Part shown: in pieces, positions 1-9,844 of the stretch
Position numbering within the stretch: the first letter of the stretch is position 1
How the letters are laid out: the number at the start of each line of letters is the position of its first letter
NCBI GenBank assembly: GCA_034669905.1
Contig: JAXMOL010000032.1
Location: 1 to 64,000 of the forward strand
DNA length: 64,000 bases
Direction: 5' to 3'
Origin: Candidatus Hydrogenedentota bacterium
Lineage (GTDB): Bacteria > Hydrogenedentota > Hydrogenedentia > Hydrogenedentales > JAEUWI01
Program-made: the position numbers and the translations under genes
The notes under the pieces: model-generated
The model's input: the letters and a program-made list of their open reading frames with translations, nothing else
The model's database searches: none
Told to the model about the DNA's origin: nothing

Positions 1-66
1 GACACCTATTTCGCACCGCTCGACCCAAATTTCGGCGGCTGCGGTCGGACCATCACGGATGAAAAC
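1..66 (+). pseudogene. Fragment resembling protocatechuate 3,4-dioxygenase beta subunit (truncated, 5' part outside window)
   Basis: Frame 1 reads DTYFAPLDPNFGGCGRTITDEN, matching the PcaH APLDPNFGGxGRxxTD motif; similarity stops where GYYxFRT is expected. Confidence 0.5.
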
Positions 67-330
67 AGTAGACGCCCCGCCCCCCTCGTCAACGACGGGA
101 CAGCCACGCCCGCCCTGGTCACACGCGCTGCCAGCACGTCACGGGGTATCCATAGTCGCCCACGCGACGGCGCAGGCTACCGGGGCGAGACGGCCCCTGA
201 TGGTCTGCCGCGCCACAGAGTCTCGTTTAGTTCTAATGCCCACTCCTTGATCTGGGTGTCTGTATCTGCTCAACTACCCCCTGCGTGCGCGGGAATGACC
301 GGCGCGAGGGATTTAAAAGGTAGTACGATC

Positions 331-1617
331 GTGACATCAGACCAGTGCACTCTTCCAGAGACCCAGGCCGCAGGGACATTCCAACGATTGCTTCGTCCCC
401 ACCACCGGGCCTATCTCGCGGCCTTCCTGATGGATGCTGCGGTCATGGTGGTCTTCGCCACGACGCCCTTCTTCATCTTCAATCAGGTGGGTGGTGACGA
501 GGCGATGGCGGGGGTGGTGGGTGCCATCCAGATGGCGGCCTACGCCTTCAGTTGTCTGGCGAGCTCCCAATTCGTGGCGCGCACAGAGAACGGATTACGC
601 TGGGCCCTGTTGGGCATCACCTTGTTTATCTTCTTCTCCTGCCTCATGCCCCTCTACCCCACCTTTCTCTTGTGTGGCATGCTGACCTTTCTGGCCTTCG
701 TGGCCCTGGGGCTCGTGTGGCCTGCGCTGCTCTCCTGGATTGGCGGCGAACCCAATGCGGCCCGCCGCGCAAAACACATGTCGTATTTCACGATTGCTGC
801 GGGGTGCGGCTTTGCCTTGAGTCCCCTCCTGGGCGGCCCCCTCTATGACCTCGATTACCGCCTGCCCTTTATCGCGCTGGTAGGCCTCGGCGCCGCCATA
901 CTCGCGCTGGTCGGGACCCTGCCCCATGAGAAAGACCATTTCGCGGAGACGGACCCGGAGCCCGACGTGGCGGAAGGTCCGGGGACGGACAAACGGGCGC
1001 ATGAGACCAACCTGCTCGTCGCATGGTGCGCGCTTTTCGTGGCCAACATACTCGTGGGTGCGACACGCTCCGTCTACCCCAAGCGGGTGGTGGACCTCCT
1101 GGAATCGGGAGAACTGGGGCTCCTCACCACGGGGGATACGTCCCCCCTGCTGACCTATGGTCCGGCAACGACCTTCTCGTGGTTGGTGTCGGCCCTCTGG
1201 ATTGCCACGGCGTGTTGCTTCTACCTCATGGGCAGGAAGCACCACTGGCACCACCGCGTGGGACTCATCCTGTGGCTTCAGGTGATGGCGGGCGCGGCGG
1301 CATGGATGCTGGGCATCACCGAAAGTCTGGGCATCATGCTGGTGTGCTTCGTCCTGGTGGGCGTCAACTTCGGCATATCCTTCTTTATCGCCATGTCCTA
1401 CAGCCTGGCCGACCCGGCCCACAAACACCGGCGGGCGGCCACCTCGGAGGGCATTCTCGGGGCGGGCTGTTTCGCGGGGAGCATCGGTTTTGGCTACCTT
1501 GCTGGCCACTTCGGCATCCCCATGCCCTTCCTCTACACGCCCGTGCTCGTGGCCGTGGGGCTGGCACTCCAGTTGTGGCTGTTGCGCCGGGGACGACGCA
1601 ATCAAGCAAGGGCCTGA
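331..1617 (+). CDS. MFS transporter
   Basis: About 12 hydrophobic segments in two halves with a hydrophilic central loop; GTG at 331 chosen (ORF open further upstream). Confidence 0.8.
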   Translation: MTSDQCTLPETQAAGTFQRLLRPHHRAYLAAFLMDAAVMVVFATTPFFIFNQVGGDEAMAGVVGAIQMAAYAFSCLASSQFVARTENGLRWALLGITLFIFFSCLMPLYPTFLLCGMLTFLAFVALGLVWPALLSWIGGEPNAARRAKHMSYFTIAAGCGFALSPLLGGPLYDLDYRLPFIALVGLGAAILALVGTLPHEKDHFAETDPEPDVAEGPGTDKRAHETNLLVAWCALFVANILVGATRSVYPKRVVDLLESGELGLLTTGDTSPLLTYGPATTFSWLVSALWIATACCFYLMGRKHHWHHRVGLILWLQVMAGAAAWMLGITESLGIMLVCFVLVGVNFGISFFIAMSYSLADPAHKHRRAATSEGILGAGCFAGSIGFGYLAGHFGIPMPFLYTPVLVAVGLALQLWLLRRGRRNQARA

Positions 1618-1665
1618 GTTGCGCGCCATGCGGTCAGGGGCAAGCGGCTTCGCCCCCCGCCACGC

Positions 1666-2556
1666 CTACTTCTTCGTTTTCGCATAGAGCCGCCGGTAGG
1701 CCGAGGGCAGTATTTTTTGGTGCTTCTTGAAGAGATGGGTGAAGTGCGCGGCGTCGCAGTAGCCAAGTTCATAGGCCACGTCGGTAATCGACAAATCGAG
1801 ATCGAGCAGAAGGCGACAGGCGTGTTGCACGCGCCGATGCTGGTAATAGGCCATGGGACTCCATCCCGTCGACTTCTGGAACTGCACGGCCAGGTTGGCG
1901 GGAGAAATTGCGAGCGACTCCGCCAGTTCGGCCACCCGGAAGGTATCCCGTCGCAGAATGATCCCCTCGATTTGCTCCAACCCCGCCACAATCTCCTTGC
2001 GGAACTTCAAGCTCAACTCGATGGACGAAGCCCGCACGGCGGCACGACTCATGGTAATCAAAATCTTGAGGAGGCAGGAGCGGAGGAAGATGAGGGAGGG
2101 CTGTTCTTCATTGGATTCCCGCGTGATGTTCGCCAGTTCGTGGTCCACATTTTCCAGCTCGGTCGGGTTCAACCTGAACTGGGGAATGGGCCCCACATGG
2201 TTCCGGCGAAAAAGCACGGCCGCCAGGAAGAGGGGTACAAAGGCGGTTTCTCGCCAGTGACTGATGAGATCGTCGGCCAACCACTCGGTCAGATAATAGA
2301 GGTTGGTCTGGTGCAAGTCGTGGGCGCTGTAGATGGCGTGGACCATGCCCGGGGCCATCACGATGACCGTTCCGGGCCCCAGTTCCTCACTGGACGATTC
2401 GGTCTTGTGCCGTGCACTGCCCTGCCGAATGATACAGATTTCGAAGTGGGCGTGGTCGTGAAATCGCTTGTCCTGCTCATGCAGATAGACGGTGGAGCCG
2501 TAGTGCCACCCGGGGTAGTTCTCATCGCCCGGTGACAAGTCTCCGGTTCCGTCCAT
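1666..2556 (-). CDS. AraC-family transcriptional regulator
   Basis: N-terminal cupin (FHDHAHFEI) and C-terminal double HTH (LSITDVAYELGYCDAAHFTHLFKK); start at 2556 uncertain, ORF extends to 2664. Confidence 0.9.
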   Translation of the reverse strand: MDGTGDLSPGDENYPGWHYGSTVYLHEQDKRFHDHAHFEICIIRQGSARHKTESSSEELGPGTVIVMAPGMVHAIYSAHDLHQTNLYYLTEWLADDLISHWRETAFVPLFLAAVLFRRNHVGPIPQFRLNPTELENVDHELANITRESNEEQPSLIFLRSCLLKILITMSRAAVRASSIELSLKFRKEIVAGLEQIEGIILRRDTFRVAELAESLAISPANLAVQFQKSTGWSPMAYYQHRRVQHACRLLLDLDLSITDVAYELGYCDAAHFTHLFKKHQKILPSAYRRLYAKTKK

Positions 2557-2735
2557 ACCCGCTATCCAGGAGCCAACGCTGACGGGCCGCGTTGCGCTCA
2601 CGCCCACGCCGATGGTTCCGAGGGTGGACGTAAACTCCGCTTTGGGGATAGTGCATGGTTTCATACAAATAACCTACCGTAAACACACAATACGAAATTG
2701 AGGTAATCGCAGCATAATGGAAGCATTCTTGGTGT

Positions 2736-2755
2736 ATTGACAGGTCATTGTCAAT
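2736..2755. promoter_or_regulatory. Palindrome ATTGACA-N6-TGTCAAT in the divergent AraC/hydrolase intergenic region
   Basis: Perfect 7-bp inverted repeat containing TTGACA on both strands. Confidence 0.4.
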
Positions 2756-2915
2756 CTCTGCCGGGACAATACATACAAGTAAGTCGGAGCGATTGAGGAC
2801 GGGCGGCTACCACTTCGATGGGTGCAGCGTCGCCACAATTTTGAAATCCACGCGAACATGTCGGCACCACCCCGGTGCCCGAAATCCGAGCGAACCTCGA
2901 ATCTGGGAGATGACC

Positions 2916-4082
2916 ATGGGCTATCTGACACAAGATGAACGTGACCAACGATTGGCAAGAGTCCGCGAAATCATGGCGGCCCGGGACCTCGATATCGCCC
3001 TGGTTTACTACGATGAATTCAACATCGGTAACGGGTGGTATCTCACTGGCTGGTGTCCCCAGTTCGAAATAGGCACGGTGCTCATTCCCAAAACCGGAGA
3101 ACCCATGCTCCTGGGCGGTCCCGAAAGCGAACCCTTCGCCAAGCTCGACAGCGCCATTACGGAAACGCGCAACTTTTCCGTCTTCATGGTACCCGACGAG
3201 GAATATCCCAACGCGACCATCACCGATTTTCCCGCCCTCTTTTCTGAATTGAATGGAAGCCTGGGCGAGGTAAAGCGGGTCGGCATGGTCGGCGGTGGCC
3301 GCATGCCCGCCGAGTGCTTTCGCCAGATAGAAGAAGGCTTCAGCGGCACCACGCTGGTGGACATCACGGACGAGTTTGTGGCGCTACGCTTCGACAAGTC
3401 CCCCTGGGAGTTGGCGCAGATACGGGCCGCCTTTGCCCTGGCCGACCGGTCCTTCGAGGCGATGAAGGCCAAGATAGCGCCGGGCGTGTCGGAAATCGAA
3501 GTCGCCGCCGCGGGGGAATATGCCGCGCGCAGCCAGGGCGCCACAGGGTTCGGGTTTACCGCCATCGTGGGTTCGGGCGAACGGGCGAAAGCCGTTGTGC
3601 CTACGGCGACGAGCCGCATAATGGAAGACGGCGAGCTGGTCATGATCGGCCTGGCTCCCAAGGTCAATGGCTATGCTGGGGTGATGGGCGATTTACTGCC
3701 CGTTTCCGGAAAATACACAGCCGACCAGGAAGAATGTCTGAACCATCTTAAGGAAGTCTTCCGCCTGACCAAGGCCATGCTCAGGCCGGGCGTAACCGGC
3801 AAAGAAATTGACGTCCCCGGACGAAAGTACTATGAAAAACACGGCCTCATGCCCTACCTGGTCTGTCCCTTTGCCCACACCATCGGGCTACACGAAGCGG
3901 AGTCGCCCTTCTTCGGACCGGGCAGTGACGATGCGCTGAAGCCCGGCATGGCGGTCTGTGTGGATATCAGTTTCTTCGGTCACCCCAAGTGGCACGGCGC
4001 CCGCATCGAAACGGGCTACGAGATTACGGAAGATGGGCCGGTGCCTTTCAGTCCCACCATGGACGCCTATCTGCTGGGTTAG
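2916..4082 (+). CDS. M24 (pita-bread) family hydrolase, creatinase/Xaa-Pro peptidase-like
   Basis: Creatinase_N-like N-terminus (WYLTGW), KSPWEL, AHTIGL, GARIE motifs. Confidence 0.85.
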   Translation: MGYLTQDERDQRLARVREIMAARDLDIALVYYDEFNIGNGWYLTGWCPQFEIGTVLIPKTGEPMLLGGPESEPFAKLDSAITETRNFSVFMVPDEEYPNATITDFPALFSELNGSLGEVKRVGMVGGGRMPAECFRQIEEGFSGTTLVDITDEFVALRFDKSPWELAQIRAAFALADRSFEAMKAKIAPGVSEIEVAAAGEYAARSQGATGFGFTAIVGSGERAKAVVPTATSRIMEDGELVMIGLAPKVNGYAGVMGDLLPVSGKYTADQEECLNHLKEVFRLTKAMLRPGVTGKEIDVPGRKYYEKHGLMPYLVCPFAHTIGLHEAESPFFGPGSDDALKPGMAVCVDISFFGHPKWHGARIETGYEITEDGPVPFSPTMDAYLLG

Positions 4083-4122
4083 GGCACGGACATCCTTCGC
4101 ACAACCAAGAGATTCTAACGAA

Positions 4123-4200
4123 CTCCCCTCCCAGGAGGGGCCGGGGGTTGGGTAGCGGCCTAACAGTCAAACCCACCCCTAACCCCTCCCAGGAGGGGAA
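4123..4200. repeat. REP-like inverted-repeat doublet with CCCCTCCCAGGAGGGG cores
   Basis: Two CCCCTCCCAGGAGGGG hairpin cores with roughly complementary GGGGGTTGGGT / ACCCACCCCT flanks. Confidence 0.65.
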
Positions 4201-4346
4201 TAAAGGGGCTCCACGCTGCGCGACGCCGTTGAGCCGTTCTACGGATTTCGATGCAATGAAATGTATTGAGGGGTGCCAGACGACAAGACACCCGTAAGCT
4301 CCTCCGCGAAAGGGGGCACCCAACAAGATTTTCCAATGACCGTCAC

Positions 4347-4375
4347 TTGACGGGGAAATCCCATTCAATTAGGCT
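4347..4375 (+). promoter_or_regulatory. Putative sigma70 promoter of the symporter operon
   Basis: TTGACG-17 bp-TAGGCT about 60 bp upstream of the start. Confidence 0.45.
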
Positions 4376-4436
4376 ACATCAACGCCACCGGAGTCCGTAA
4401 GTATGCGTCGTGACGCAACACCCCCGAGAGGAACCC

Positions 4437-6029
4437 ATGGAACAATTTGAAGCCATCGTCCAAGGCACCAATTTCACCGGACTCGATTGGGGCATCGTGG
4501 TCGTCTACCTGGGCCTATCCGTCGCAATCGGAATTATCGCCAACCGATATATCGGTAATATGACCGACTACGTGGTCGCAGGGCGGGGCGTACGCACGGC
4601 CCTCTCCGTCGCCACCCTTACCGGCACCGAGCTGGGTCTCGTCACCGTGATGTACAACGCCCAGGTGGGCTACCTTGGTGGCTTCGCGGCCTTTCATATT
4701 GGCCTCTTCGCCGGTGCAATTACCTTCGTCGTGGGACTGACCGGTTTCATCGTGGCGGACTTGCGCCGCCATGAAGTGCTGACCATCCCCGAATTCTACG
4801 GCAAACGCTACAGCAAGGGCGTCCGAATTTACGGCGCCCTGTTGCTGGCGCTGGGCGGCATCTTCTGCATGGGCATGTACCTCAACGCCGGCGCCAAATT
4901 CATTGTCGGCGTGACCGGCCTGCCCATGGATGGCGCCATGCTGAATTTTGTGATGGTCGCCCTGTTGAGCCTGGTGCTCTTCTACACCGTGCTCGGCGGC
5001 ATGGTCTCGGTCATCCTCACCGACTACATTCAATTTGTCGTCCTTTCTTTAGGGCTCGTGGTGACGACCGGCCTCACCTTGTATTACATCTCCTGGGGGG
5101 ACATTGTCTCCGTGGTTATCGCGGAAAAGGGCGAATCGGCCTACAACCCCTTGGGGGAGGAGGGGCCCTTTGGAGCCACCTACATGCTGTGGATGGCCTT
5201 TATGGGGTTGGTGGTCTGCGCCATCTGGCCCACGTCGGTGGCCCGCGCCCTGGCCTGTGACAGTGAGCGAACGGTTCGACGCCAGTTCATGTTCGGCTCC
5301 CTCTCTTTTCTTATCCGGACCATCATCCCGTTCTTCTGGGGGATTGCGGCCTTTGCCGTTATCATGACCATTCCTGAATTGAAGGATGCCTTTCACCCCG
5401 GTGAAGAAACGGCGAACGGGGTGGATTCCCTTTTCGCCATGCCCGTCTTCCTGGGCCGCATCCTGCCGGTCGGCATTATTGGACTGGTCACCGCAGCGAT
5501 GATCGCGGCTTTCATGTCAACCCACGACAGCTATCTCCTCTGCTGGAGCACGGTGCTGACCAATGACGTGGTCGTGCCCCTTGCGGGCCGGAAGCTCTCG
5601 CAGCGCGCTCAGATTTATATTACGCGGGCCTTTATCATCGCCATTGGCCTGACCATCCTCATGATCAGCTTCTTCTTCCCCCTGAAACAAAGCCTGTGGG
5701 ACTTCATGTCCATGACGGCCGCGCTCTATTTCTGCGGGGCCTTTGCCCTTCTCATCGCGGGACTCTACTGGAAGCGGGCCAGTTCGGGGGGCGCCTATTT
5801 TGCCCTCACCGCGGGCTTTTTCGCTTTCCTGGGCTTCGAAGATTTTCGCCGCGTAATCTTTTACAACGTGTTGCCCATTTCCGATGGCTCGGCCGACGGA
5901 CTCATGGCCCTGGCCACGAGTGCAAACGTGGGATTGACCACCGTGGCGCTGGCCTGCATCGGCATGGTCATCGGCTCATTCCTCTTCCCCGATAAGACGG
6001 GCCATAATTTTCAGGAGAACAACCCATGA
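4437..6029 (+). CDS. Sodium:solute symporter (SSS) family protein
   Basis: DYVVAGR, LTIPEF, YTVLGGMVSVILTDYIQF, AAFMST motifs; about 13 TM segments. Confidence 0.92.
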   Translation: MEQFEAIVQGTNFTGLDWGIVVVYLGLSVAIGIIANRYIGNMTDYVVAGRGVRTALSVATLTGTELGLVTVMYNAQVGYLGGFAAFHIGLFAGAITFVVGLTGFIVADLRRHEVLTIPEFYGKRYSKGVRIYGALLLALGGIFCMGMYLNAGAKFIVGVTGLPMDGAMLNFVMVALLSLVLFYTVLGGMVSVILTDYIQFVVLSLGLVVTTGLTLYYISWGDIVSVVIAEKGESAYNPLGEEGPFGATYMLWMAFMGLVVCAIWPTSVARALACDSERTVRRQFMFGSLSFLIRTIIPFFWGIAAFAVIMTIPELKDAFHPGEETANGVDSLFAMPVFLGRILPVGIIGLVTAAMIAAFMSTHDSYLLCWSTVLTNDVVVPLAGRKLSQRAQIYITRAFIIAIGLTILMISFFFPLKQSLWDFMSMTAALYFCGAFALLIAGLYWKRASSGGAYFALTAGFFAFLGFEDFRRVIFYNVLPISDGSADGLMALATSANVGLTTVALACIGMVIGSFLFPDKTGHNFQENNP

Positions 6030-6190
6030 GTTTTTGGATGACCCTGTGGAAATGGCTCATGATTGTGAGCATCGGCAGCTTTTCGGTGATGGCCCTGTGG
6101 GTGACCGTGCAAGGGGCTCGGGACATCAAAGCCCTTCTCCAGTCGCTGCGTGCGGGACATGAACAATCCGGCGAGAACACAAAGGAATAA
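6026..6190 (+). CDS. Small single-TM membrane protein (54 aa), not in the ORF track
   Basis: MSFWMTLWKWLMIVSIGSFSVMALWVTVQGARDIKALLQSLRAGHEQSGENTKE; AGGAG SD; ATGA overlap with the symporter stop. Confidence 0.7.
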   Translation: MSFWMTLWKWLMIVSIGSFSVMALWVTVQGARDIKALLQSLRAGHEQSGENTKE

Positions 6191-6197
6191 CTACCCC

Positions 6198-7238
6198 ATG
6201 GCGTTAAGTTTGGCAAAGACCGTGGAATGCCTCCGCATGCACGGCGCCTCCCCTCTGCAACTGGTGACCCAGCACGGCACCGTATTCATCTCCCCGGAGT
6301 TACAGGGGCGCATCTTCTGTACGCTGGGCAATGAGCTCATCCACCGGCTCGACGCCGAGCGGGTGGCCACCCCTTCGCCCGACGAATTCAACAACCTCGG
6401 TGGCAACTCCCTGTGGCCCGCGCCCGAGGGGGGCGCCTTCGCCTTCAACTATCCGCAAGACAGCGACGCGTGGTTTGTGCCCGAAGTGGTGGCCGATACC
6501 CCCTGCTCCGTCGTGGATGCCGACAGCGGCCAGGCCATCATCGAAAAACGTGGGGTCTTGTATAACAAGGCGGGCACCAAGGGCTATGTCCTGTTCCACC
6601 GCAAGGTGGCCGTGCCCCACGACCATCCCGTGCCCGAAGGGTACGCGCTCAAGGGAATTCGCTACTTCTGCGAAGACACGATTAACCCCCTGGAAGAGAT
6701 CGATGCGGAAGCCTTCCTGATTGCCCCTTGGTCCCTGGAGCAGTTTCCCGGGGGCGAGGGCGTCATTGCCTTCGGGGCCGTCGCCACACCAGAAGGAAGC
6801 GTGAACGATGACTACTACGGCGTACCCGGCGACCGGATACAGTATCACGCGGGCGGCTTCACCTTTGCACTGGGCGGCGCGGAGCGCCATCAGATTGGGG
6901 TGCGCGTCAGCCATGCGCCCCGCCTGATCGGTTCGCTGGAGCCCAAGCGTGAGTTGTTGGTGATTCGCAAGACCCCGGAACAGGGCGGAAGATATTTTAA
7001 CATTGCCGACAATGACCAGCCCCAGGGGGCCTGGTCCGCCCGGGATCTGTATAGCGTCTTCAACGGCGGCGATCTCGGATTCTACGAATTGGAAACTATC
7101 GGTGCCCATCAAAGCTGCCTGGCCTTGGTGGCACCAAGCCGGCTCTCGTCGGAGACGCTTATCCTGCAGGGACCGCTTCCCGAATTGAAACGCTACCTGC
7201 GGGAACGGGAAAACATTACGTTTATGGAGGCCTTCTGA
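6198..7238 (+). CDS. Conserved hypothetical protein, DUF6786-like
   Basis: SPELQGRI, NLGGNSLWPAPEGG and FYELET motifs recalled for this family; operonic spacing. Confidence 0.6.
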   Translation: MALSLAKTVECLRMHGASPLQLVTQHGTVFISPELQGRIFCTLGNELIHRLDAERVATPSPDEFNNLGGNSLWPAPEGGAFAFNYPQDSDAWFVPEVVADTPCSVVDADSGQAIIEKRGVLYNKAGTKGYVLFHRKVAVPHDHPVPEGYALKGIRYFCEDTINPLEEIDAEAFLIAPWSLEQFPGGEGVIAFGAVATPEGSVNDDYYGVPGDRIQYHAGGFTFALGGAERHQIGVRVSHAPRLIGSLEPKRELLVIRKTPEQGGRYFNIADNDQPQGAWSARDLYSVFNGGDLGFYELETIGAHQSCLALVAPSRLSSETLILQGPLPELKRYLRERENITFMEAF

Positions 7239-8125
7239 TGGGAGCACCGCGCATTGCCCTGGGTTTTGACATGGAAACCGACGTCGGAAGCTGGACGCCC
7301 TTCTACGAAGGGCTACGGCCCGGTGGACACGCTATCCTCGATACCCTCGCCGCAAACGGTGTGACCGGCACCTTCTTCTTCACCAGCGACGCCGCGCAGG
7401 AAGCGCCCGAAATCGTGCAGGCTGTGCTGGATGGCGGTCATGAAGTCGGTGCCCACACGCTGTTTCACGAAACGATAGGTGAGCCCCTCTGGCCCATTCC
7501 CGGCGCCTTTCCCATTTTGCCCGAGGAAGTGCCCAACCGCCTGAGAAAGTGCACCGAGCGCATTGAATCCGTCGCCGGCGTGCGGCCCGTGTCCTTCCGG
7601 TGCCCCCGATTATTCGGATCCACCGCCGTTACGAACGCCCTGGAAGACCTGGGCTATGTGGCCGACGCGACCCTGCCCATGTTTCACTTCCGTGATCGGG
7701 TAGAACCCTATCACCCCTCGAAGGACGACTGGACCGTGCCGGGCGATCTCAAACTGCTCCAGATTCCTAATTTCGCGGATCTCGGACAGACCCACGAGGA
7801 CCCCTTCGGCCGTGATCTCGACCAGTGGCCCCTCTTCCGGACCGAAAGCGCGGATGCCCTGCTGAAGCATATCGACAGCTTCGTCTCCTATGCCACGAAT
7901 CACGGTGTGGACTCCCCCGTGCTGTGCTTCTACATGCACCCCTGGGAATTTCACCCCATGCCACAGGAATCCATCCACTATGGCGAAGGCGCGGTGTTGC
8001 CCGATCCCTTTATCGTGAAAAACTGCGGCGACTACGCCACGGAGCAACTGGATCGGCTCATCAAGCGACTGCTGGCACAGGGCGCGACCTTCTACCAGAC
8101 CCGCCAATTGGCCGAGATGTATTGA
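7238..8125 (+). CDS. Polysaccharide deacetylase (CE4) family protein
   Basis: GFDME, EVGAHTLFH, FRCP, YMHPWEF motifs. Confidence 0.88.
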   Translation: MGAPRIALGFDMETDVGSWTPFYEGLRPGGHAILDTLAANGVTGTFFFTSDAAQEAPEIVQAVLDGGHEVGAHTLFHETIGEPLWPIPGAFPILPEEVPNRLRKCTERIESVAGVRPVSFRCPRLFGSTAVTNALEDLGYVADATLPMFHFRDRVEPYHPSKDDWTVPGDLKLLQIPNFADLGQTHEDPFGRDLDQWPLFRTESADALLKHIDSFVSYATNHGVDSPVLCFYMHPWEFHPMPQESIHYGEGAVLPDPFIVKNCGDYATEQLDRLIKRLLAQGATFYQTRQLAEMY

Positions 8126-8220
8126 GCGGGGAAGCCAATGACGCACGTAGCCTGTCGGTCTTGAGCAGATTAGGACCGCGCAAACATATATCTGCCGAAG
8201 AAGCAATCAGAAACAAGTTA

Positions 8221-8393
8221 AACCACGAATGGACACGAATTCACACGAATGGTATGGGCCGCTAGCGAACGTCGTGAATGGTTCTTCTCGGCATAGCGCC
8301 AAGGCGGGCACAAGCTCCCACCTCATTTTTCCGTGTCATTCTGTGCCATCCGTGGTAGAAACGATTCGTGTAAATTCGTGTCCATGCGTGGTT
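8221..8393. repeat. Miniature inverted-repeat element with 30-bp arms built of (A)CACGAAT units
   Basis: 8221-8250 and 8364-8393 are reverse complements at 28 of 30 positions; a related unit lies at about 8328-8356. Confidence 0.75.
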
Positions 8394-8479
8394 CAATACG
8401 TACCATACCCCGGCTGCCCAATGCGTGAAACAATTTGTGGACGAAATCACCGCAGTCTAATCACAGAGGAACGCACACT

Positions 8480-9637
8480 ATGCAACTTATCCCCGACAAG
8501 GAATACAAAGACCGGATTAAGAAGTTCCAACAGAAAATCCGGGAGGCCGGCCTCGATGCCGCGCTGGTCCATTCCAACGAAGCGGACTTTGCCAACGTAC
8601 GCTACCTTTCCGAATACTGGCCCACCTTTGAGTCGGCCGGCGTCTTTGTGCCCGCCACGGGTGCCCCCACCCTCATCATCGGCCCTGAAAGCGAAGCCTA
8701 CGCCAAAGGCCGCAGCAAGATTCGGCGCATCCGGATGATGGTGGAGTACCGGGAATCCGCCGATCCCGAGTATCCCGGCATCCCGGTGGCCACCTTCCAG
8801 GACATCGTGAAGCAGGCCATGCCCAAGGGAAAACTGAAGAAGCTCGGCCTTGTGGGCTATTCCATCATGCCCCTGCCCGTCTATATGAGCTTGAAGAAAG
8901 AACTCAAGGGCGTCGAACTCATCAAGGCGGACGACACGCTGATCCACCTGCGCATCGACAAGAGTGCGAACGAACTGCGGCTCGCCAAGAAGGCCTATCA
9001 GGTCAGCGAGAAGGCCATCGACGCCATTCTCGGTGAAATCAAACCAGGCATGACCGAGCTACAGGTCATCGGCATCGCCCAGCGCGAAATCTATAAGCAC
9101 GGCGGGGAGTATGAAGGCCACGCCCTCTACTGTTTCTGCGGGCCCGCGACGAAACACGCCATCTCCCGCCCGACCCACAACAAGATTAAGAAGAACGAAA
9201 TCATTCAGCTCAATATCGGTGCCCGTGTTGGGGGTTATTCCTCCAGTGTGGGTCTCCCCATGTGCATTGGCAAACTCCCTGCGCGCAAACAGCGCCTTGT
9301 CGAGTTTGGCCTGGAAGCCCACTTCAAAACCGGCGAACTCATGAAGGCCGGCAAGCCTGCCGCTGAGGTCGTGCGTGAATACGAGGAATTCGTCAAGAAG
9401 CGGGGCTTCATGAAGCACATGCTCTATGGCCCCTGCCACGGTATCGGGATGATGGAAGTCGAGCGACCCTGGATGGAGTCCACGTCGGACTATACCCTCG
9501 AAGAAAATATGACCTTCCAAGTGGATACCTTCTTCTACGATACGGATTTCGGGCTTCGTTGGGAAAACGGGGTACGGGTAACCAAGAGCGGCGTGGCACG
9601 ACTCTCGAAGAAATTCATGCGACTCGTTTCCCTTTGA
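8480..9637 (+). CDS. M24 (pita-bread) family hydrolase, creatinase/Xaa-Pro peptidase-like
   Basis: NVRYLS, KSANEL, CHGIG, GLRWE motifs; GAGGA SD. Confidence 0.85.
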   Translation: MQLIPDKEYKDRIKKFQQKIREAGLDAALVHSNEADFANVRYLSEYWPTFESAGVFVPATGAPTLIIGPESEAYAKGRSKIRRIRMMVEYRESADPEYPGIPVATFQDIVKQAMPKGKLKKLGLVGYSIMPLPVYMSLKKELKGVELIKADDTLIHLRIDKSANELRLAKKAYQVSEKAIDAILGEIKPGMTELQVIGIAQREIYKHGGEYEGHALYCFCGPATKHAISRPTHNKIKKNEIIQLNIGARVGGYSSSVGLPMCIGKLPARKQRLVEFGLEAHFKTGELMKAGKPAAEVVREYEEFVKKRGFMKHMLYGPCHGIGMMEVERPWMESTSDYTLEENMTFQVDTFFYDTDFGLRWENGVRVTKSGVARLSKKFMRLVSL

Positions 9638-9676
9638 GGTAGACGAGCCATTCGTGGACGATTCATCCCCAAGACG

Positions 9677-9704
9677 GGCCCGACGCACTATCGCGTCGGG
9701 CCTT
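9677..9704 (+). terminator. Hairpin after the hydrolase gene
   Basis: GGCCCGACGC-N6-GCGTCGGGCC with a weak T tail. Confidence 0.5.
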
Positions 9705-9844
9705 GTCGGCAGGGCCTCCCCGTGGGAAGCGGTATTGTACGCGCCCTGATGCCAGGGATAATTCGGTTGCATTCCGCCACGCACTCTGTTTTAATCACGC
9801 GTACCCCATCGTGAATCCACCATGAAACTTCTTCGGAAATCCTC

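Noticed and set aside
1..1617. PcaH-MFS fusion protein (frame 1 is open throughout)
   Set aside because: The intervening sequence is not domain-like and the dioxygenase domain is incomplete; the open frame is probably chance.
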